A DNA stretch of 64,000 nucleotides from Balanoglossus misakiensis. Taxonomy: Eukaryota > Animalia > Hemichordata. The notes beneath the pieces are model-generated. The model was not told the DNA's origin. It searched no databases and was given only the letters and a program-made list of their open reading frames with translations. This document shows positions 56,601 to 64,000 of the stretch, in pieces (within the stretch, counting starts at the first letter, position 1; every line of letters begins with the position of its first letter). The stretch spans positions 8,981,483 through 9,045,482 of the forward strand of contig CM082582.2 in assembly GCA_040954595.2 (NCBI GenBank), read 5' to 3'. A program made the translations under genes and the position numbers.

Positions 56601-59600
56601 CTACACATTGTTACCCCACCACAATAAAACTGCATTCTTCGCCACCTTTACCGCCTCAATATCAAATGAATTCCACCGCTTGACTAATCTCCCCCAGAGA
56701 ATTCCATTCAATTGTTCTGTTTCAATGTCAAGACACTATACTTCTACCTACAGGTGCCGTTTCCTACTCTAATTGTTCAATCTGTTGTTTATTCTGAATT
56801 GCTACATTCTGGCGCGAAGGAAGCTAGCACAAAAGTTTAGCATTTCGTTAGAAATCTAAGGGTTGGAACTCTTTTCACTACTGATTAAATCTACCATCCA
56901 ACAGCATGCTAATTTTAACAAAGGCTTGTGCCACAGGAGGATACAAAGCTGAAGTATACACATCACAGGAGCAGTATAAGTTGAGCACCAGACAAACAAC
57001 TTGACTCAAACTGCACCTGTGATATGAGACCCATGTGGCAGATATGCAATATCTCCCAGTGGAATTTAAAAACAACTGTCCCACATCTTTCATTCCAATT
57101 TCGGACAATAATCGCTTCCTCAATTTCTTCACACAAGGTGGAATCCCAGTTTTTATGGTTTCAGCAATAAATCTTTATGATCTATTCCAAACTCGCCAAC
57201 TCAATAGTAAAGTAATTCCATCCCTACTTAATGTTAAACCGAGGGAGATCATAAATTCAGTGATCCCATCAGCATATTCTCATTGACTTAATGAGAATCT
57301 TATATGAAAGTGTACAAAGCAAATTAAAAGAATGAAAATCATGCATTTCAGACATTTGACCGTGTCTCTCAGAAGGTCAGACTTGCCATTCGCCGTCACG
57401 AATCTGTCCCTTTTTTAAGAAACCTTGTCTGCTCTTTTAATAAATTATTTACATGGATGAGGTCACTGACCTGGTGGCCTTATAGTAAGTTATTGGCAGA
57501 AACATCACTAGAAATTCAAGCATTTGGAGGTTTGGATTGAGATACAGTTTATCAGAATGCTAACGTTTTCATGGGTGGGACTCAGCTGTGGTTGCCACAA
57601 CAACAGATCAATATGGTAATTGCTAGATCACTAAAAACTAAAAGGGAATCAATTTTGACTGGTGAAAATGCTGCAGGTATTATCTGGTGGTTTAATTGAA
57701 AGATCTGAATGCGATGACTGTCTGAAGATCAATACGGGAAAATTGAAGGCCTCTAGACTCTGACAGCTCCTGGAATTACACCAGCATTCTACGAACAAAT
57801 TTGCTGTGCAGTTGTAATTACCAGCTTCCTGATGTCCAATTTGTCTTTCCAATTCACAGGGAGTGAAGGCAAAAGTACTTTTCTTTTTCAAATGCTGCAC
57901 ACGCACACAAGGCTTTCACAAAGAGCTGCAACGATAGCTGTCATAATTGCACAAATACAGATAATGTTACAAAATTGGTGTTTTGACTACAGTAAATGTA
58001 GACCACTTCTCCAGTTGCCACTGTTCACCAGAGTTGGGTTTCCATCTGTTTTTGTAAGAAACCGTTTCCCAGTACGATGAAATACATTGCTGCTCTTACA
58101 TTTCAGAAGCGAAACAGGATATCTGTTATCATTATGACTTTTCTTGACTTCCCGGGATATCAGATGTAATATACAACCAAGATGAGAAAAAGTTTTTTTT
58201 ACAAAAAAATGTCCATATTCTAAATTTGCACAAATTTTTGAGACACTGGAGACTAGTAATCACTATATAATCCAGCACTGAGACGGCATATTTGAGGCTC
58301 AATATCACATTCTCTGAATATTATAATGACTATTTTTGGTCTACGTCCGAGGTTATTTATTTTTACTGGTGAACTGCAAAATACCATATTGTCATCTGTC
58401 TGACAGAGTACTGATTTCACTCCACATACTAGCATAAATAACTGTCATATAACTTAAAAATACACACATTAATAGATTTTGAAAAATCAAGGCAGTAGCA
58501 CAGTTTTTCGTTAACAACATAACAATTTATTTCAGTAACCAAAGTTTTTGTTCTTATAAAATTTTAATAACACCTATATTTCAAATAATTGGCAATTATT
58601 TAACAACATTCCACGAAGGTGTCAACTCTGACATTAATAGAAATTCCAGACCGATATCCATATTTATTCAGGAATTATCTGTTTGGCAGCTAGGCTGGAA
58701 ATGATATTTTAAAAGCAAGTGCTCACTAGACGCATAATTTATTGTCCGAACAGTAAATTTCCATGTTTGACACGTGTATTGATTACACAATTTAACAGCG
58801 AAATGCAAAGCTTCACTGACACTGGATGATAGACATCAAGGTTGCACTGTACAACAAGGCCCCGCACTACATCTATAAATACACTAACATTGATCCACGG
58901 CTTTTTGAGAAAGCACAAGTCGAAAGCAATTATTCATGCCCCACGCACAATTCATGGTCAACTGCAGTCACGGAATAGACTTAGAGGTCTGCGCACTTAG
59001 TGTCATTATAGTAGAACACATTTGCTCACTCACATTCTCTGTCTGTCTCCATTCCTTCCTTCGTCCCTCTCTCCTCAAATCCTCCCTCTCTTCCAAACGG
59101 TACATGTACACACACAGAGTGGGTGTTTGTGTGTACACTCATTCCAGACATGTAATACAGAGATTATATGTGTGAAATATGAGCAAAGATCGATTGATTG
59201 TGAATCAAGAATTTTTTTTTTCTTTCAACAAATCTGTAACATACTCGCTTGGGAATTGGGAATTGTTACATCGCGATATCAGTCATAGACGTGATATTGA
59301 CATGTACCAATTCCCAAGCTTCTGTGACCTGTAACATACATTTGCAGCAACTCAAATGACACGACCATAAACCCCACACAACCAGGAAGCATTTGTGGAA
59401 GGCTTGGGAACACGGTCACCATCAACATCAACACAGTCACACCTGGTTGCCATCAATGGAAACAATCACCATGCCCCTATAAACTGATGGAGCCCAGGAG
59501 ATGGATGCTCACTCGTTTGGAAAATCTATGAGATGTATATAAGAACCTAATCACCCAGGTGGTTAGTGTTTCACGGCCATGGGAACTGCAATCCCGTGGA

Positions 59601-62600
59601 AATTCCCAGCAATCAGGAATGCTTCAAGTTTCCAGCATCAATGTGTCCATTGTATATGGCGACTAAGTTAGTTTCTTTCATATCACTCTTACTATAGTTG
59701 ACAGAAGCTAAAAGTTCTGTACAGTAATGACGACTCTATATACACTTATAATTTTTCATCCAAAGTAGTCTTTTCTAGATTTTCTGCTTTTAAAAGGAAG
59801 AAGCAAAGCATGGTATTTTTTTAAAGTAATGACTGATTTTATCCAAACATGTATAATGTATTTCACTTTAGAGGAGGCACTCTTTCTTCGCTGAAGTCTT
59901 CAAGCTGGCATTCACTGACAAATGAGTTGGACTGACAAAGACTGGAGTGTGGCGTGTGTGAGAACTGAAAAGGCTCTCACAAGAAATGGTCATGTGGGTG
60001 ATAAATTTGCAGTGATTCACAGGCAAATGTCTCCAGATGGAGTATCCCCCTTTGCCGACTAATTTGGATGATATCTCAGGGCGCTAACGCCTGCAGCGAC
60101 AAGGCATTTTACAAAATGACACGAGGGACAATGACGTATTCAATATTTGAATGTTCCCCTATCTACTAGTATTAAATAGACATGGCAAGCTAGATCATCC
60201 CAAATAGAATGCAAAGATTCAACATCCATCACACCATACCAGTATATTGAACACAAAATAACCTTAAAACCTTTGACACTCACAGCAACATTACAGAATT
60301 ACAGAACAAAATTATAAATATTGAAAATTAAAATACTCATTCAATCAATACAATGATTGATAACCTTAATACTGTACATGCCTAATTACAAAATCAAACA
60401 ATAAATTTCACGGACAGTATTCCACTGGGACAAAAATATCTAGCTTTGTGGGAATTGATTTCAAGTCTATGGTATTTTTATAACTGTACGTTTTTATCCT
60501 ACTTCAAAAATTAAATATTTAGAGCAAATCATCTTTGCTGCGGGCTGCATAAATCAAATGAATAATAACTCTAATATTAAAACCCATGCAAATATCACAG
60601 GTTCAGTTCTCAAATATCGTGAACACTTCACATGCAAATTCACATGATAGACAAATAAGAAACCTCTTCATCTCACCAACTGTAGGTATTTTCATCTCTG
60701 TGAAGTAATACGAATAAATGATTTTCCTAAAACTTAAGATTCCATTTTTCAAATGTTCTGCTTCATTCACACAATATTTAAATTACTACCACACTGGCAT
60801 ATCTAAGTCGACCCCAAATAGATTAGCCTTTGGCGAGGAAGCAAAAGAAACTATGGGTGTGTGCTTTACTTGGGACTAGCGCAAAACACTTGGCGTCCCC
60901 ACCCTAGCCCTGTGTTTGTATGAATCACATGGGAGGGGCACATGTTTGCCCTCATTTCTGAACGAATCAGTCACGTTTTCGAAAGCGTGCTCCGATATGT
61001 TTTGCAAACACTGCCATTAACAATTTTTGCGATTGTGAGTTCGGTTCTGAATGATTCCAAATTGAAAGATCATTACGTTTCTTTGTTGTTCTCAGTGGCC
61101 TCAGAGTCAGGAATCTCTTATGCGGGGCTTATAAAACCTGACCGGGCAAACAATGGAAAGGGGGAAAAATGTACTGGTTCCAGCATTTATCACGCAAGCT
61201 GTTTGATTCCATACCTCAATCATACTCTCAATGTGAATCATTACAGAAAAATCTAACATTTCATATCGCAGTCATTGAGCAACGGTGCAAACTCTAGTGG
61301 GGGCATAGCACAATTTATCATGAGATAATCTTTATTAATATCAATAATGAAAATATATCTCAAGTTTGATCAAATATCTTGCATTCTCAGAGGAATTAGT
61401 TTCAAGTATTTATCCATGGCTATACCGGTATGTGATCATTTTTGATTATCTTCTAACAGCAGTACAAATGTCATTAAACTGAATTTAAAAAATTACACAC
61501 TTTCTTAGCAGTCTGATCTGACTCCTATATGTTCTCAATGGCAATGTTGGACCTCAACACAACAGTGGGGGTATGAGGTTTCTACCCAGACTATAATTCA
61601 GTTGTCGATAAGAACCATCTTGACTATTGTGGACACACACACAGGCTGTGTTGACTTCACAGGCCAAACACCTGAGCCCCCTCAACATGCTTTAGGGGGT
61701 AGAAAACACAAAGTTATCATCAACCCGCATAAAATAAGTTCATTGCTACCGTCATGGATATATTTGAATTTGATGACCAGTACAAATTTCTCAACATTGT
61801 CGATGGGAGGAATATTTGTGTCACGTTTTCCAACACGTGCTTTAATGAATCAGTTGGTGATCACAGAAATAAAGGCAATCGACCACAGGGGGTAATCCTC
61901 ATTCTCACGTCAACAATGCGCAAGGACAATATTTATCACATCTTGTAATCTGATGGGTACATCATCACATGCCTCCAACAACGTGATCACCTTAATTTTA
62001 TTAGAAGGAGAAAATATTATTATGAATCCTGGTTCAATGTTTAGTGGAATTAACAGTTTGCATCCTGACCTCCTGGTGACCTATGATGTCATTCAGAAGT
62101 TTTCATCCAGGCCCAGGGTCCAAAGGGGGAGTGTAAGCCAGAGATTGTAAGTCTGGCAATGATGATAACCATATCACTGAGACTGAGATAAAACTGTGCT
62201 TATCAATTGATATTTCAACCGATCAATAGATCTTGTCTGCTGTTGGATATTGTTGAGAGGCATGATTGACAATTTGTGGTCACTGACCTCTCCCCCCCCC
62301 CCCTCCCCAAGGTTAAAGAGGAGGAGGGGTAGTCCCACAAAACAGCTGTAGTTGTGTGCCACCCATCCACTTTTCACGCCAGATTTACCCAGAACTAGCA
62401 TTCTGGTTTATATTAACTGCATGGGTCTTGTTCAGTGCACACACATATTTTTTTCACATAATTAAATGCAAACAGAACCAAGACCACTGGACTATTTTCA
62501 CAGGACAAACAACCTTATCTCCATAATTAAAGCACATTCACCATCATATAATCATTTTTATTTTTATTGTAATTATCAGTCAATATTATTCCACCTACAT

Positions 62601-64000
62601 TATTCGAGGAGCTATTCATAGCGACCATGACTCACTACATGAATAAGTGTTTGACAATCATAATAAACATGTCATATACATGTAGTAATCAAAACATCAG
62701 CTTCAACAGCAGGGTCATGAACTATTTAATAGCTCGTTTATCAGTTAATAATTAGAAAATTATAATAGATCATTATCTTAATACAAAGGACAGCAATTAA
62801 CAAGCAGCAGTGGAATACATGTACAGGCCTGTCAAGGCTGCTCTAACCTTTCACCAACGACCTTTGGCTATTGTTCAGTGGTACCATTGAGAATAGTGCG
62901 GTTACACCCAAATATAGCATGGCAGCGAGGAACAGTCATCCAATTTTGAGCCAACGTCAGACTGTTGCGTTGTTTATAACACAAACAGAACAAAGCTTTG
63001 ACACACCATATTCATTAGACAGGACCTGAGATTATCCGATAAACAAGGCCATTATATTTTTTTCACATTCTCATGTTAATGTCACAGTGCAATTTGTAGA
63101 TATCCATCCATAAATCAGCAACTCACAAAGTAACCTATCAGCTACAGTAACAACTTGTGAAATAGTTTGTGTTCTTCTTTTACAACCCATCTGATATTGA
63201 CACCGAGATTCTAAGTGGTCTGAAGCAATCAGCTAATGGTTGTATATTTGAAAGCACATATTTACAGTACACTGTAAAGTTGACTGTCACTGCGTCAGTA
63301 AGTTAAATGTACAGACGTAACGAATGCAGCGGTCTAGTAAACTTCCCACTGATTGGTCATTTTTTGAGAATTAAACCAGACTTGCTAGACAGTCACCTCT
63401 GTACATCATTAGATGCACCAAAGATGAAAACTGTAAGACTGGATCTGCTGAGGCACTCTATGTCACCTCATACCAGTACAAGTATATAAGTGTTTTACAT
63501 TTTAATATACACATTGTTTGTAAACATCAAAGAAATTGATTACTATGCATGTTAAACCAGCAAAAAGTGAAAGTATGGAAATTACTGGCAGATGACATCA
63601 TCACTCAATCTTCACAGCTTATCATAAGTTATAGGGGAAAACTTTACACGTAATATACAGACAAATATAAGACAATGACAATACCTTTACGTTCAAAGTA
63701 CATATCTATTTTTGGAGGAAGTTTGTGCTCTCTATGAAGCATATCTTATCAGTAGATATAGCTTCTAGCCACAATATTGCTCACAACATCTGTGCACTAT
63801 TGTTGCCAAAAATTTCAGCTCACTATGGAAATTCACCACCAATTGACATTTTGTCTTCGAACACCTAAAGCAACTTGTCTTCTTATTCTTCACATAGTTT
63901 GAAAACACTGAAAACACTCAACAGACTTCACAAAAATAAACAAATGAAACTTACTTGTAGAACTTGAGTAAATGTGGAGCACGATTGTTTCCCATCATCC
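50643..64000 (-). CDS. SPIRE: Spire actin nucleator (end of KIND domain, 4x WH2, GTBM-like segment, Spir-box, FYVE-type zinc finger); 5' part lies beyond the window
   Basis: Minus-strand exons 64000-63955 (partial, [15 protein letters not shown]), 55235-55110 (CASHLP...[12 protein letters not shown]), 54862-54776, 54554-54396 ([20 protein letters not shown]; [22 protein letters not shown]), 54175-54089 ([17 protein letters not shown]), 53900-53789, 53619-53510, 53362-53200, 53085-52988, 52099-51962 ([19 protein letters not shown]), 51823-51756 (CFNC..CKLC), 51594-51451 (CSRCC), 50802-50643 (CSDC). Phases are consistent throughout. Confidence 0.96.
54923..55030 (+). mobile_element. 3' remnant of a non-LTR retrotransposon ORF2 (CR1/L2-group-like) inside a Spire intron, antisense to Spire
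   Basis: Translates as [35 protein letters not shown], matching the SFFPRTxxxWNxLPxxxVxAxxLxxFK motif at the C-terminus of CR1/L2-group reverse transcriptases. Confidence 0.75.

Noticed and set aside
56878-57290. ORFs in the large Spire intron resembling a retroelement C-terminus
   Set aside because: The similarity is too vague and is interrupted by stops.

Overview
Eukaryotic (animal) genomic DNA with spliced GT-AG genes, about 40% GC by eye. The gene set suggests a marine invertebrate, possibly a deuterostome such as a hemichordate (inference only). Seven protein-coding genes could be assembled by hand with consistent splice phases: three tandem, same-strand, 8-exon nicotinic-acetylcholine-receptor-like Cys-loop channel genes (1.7-31.0 kb); an extended-SDR/NAD(P)-dependent epimerase-like gene whose 23-nt last coding exon adds an ER-retention signal (RDEL); VAP (VAPA/VAPB orthologue, minus strand); a single-exon orphan rhodopsin-class GPCR; and the 3' part of Spire (minus strand, running off the window end). 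The most notable observation is that all three channel paralogues are intact and keep a cation-type GEK pore, but each has remodelled the acetylcholine-binding aromatic box differently. One has lost it almost entirely and also has a 4-residue deletion at the top of M2. This pattern suggests a lineage-specific family of non-cholinergic, possibly chemosensory, receptors. Gene models are manual and have no transcript support.
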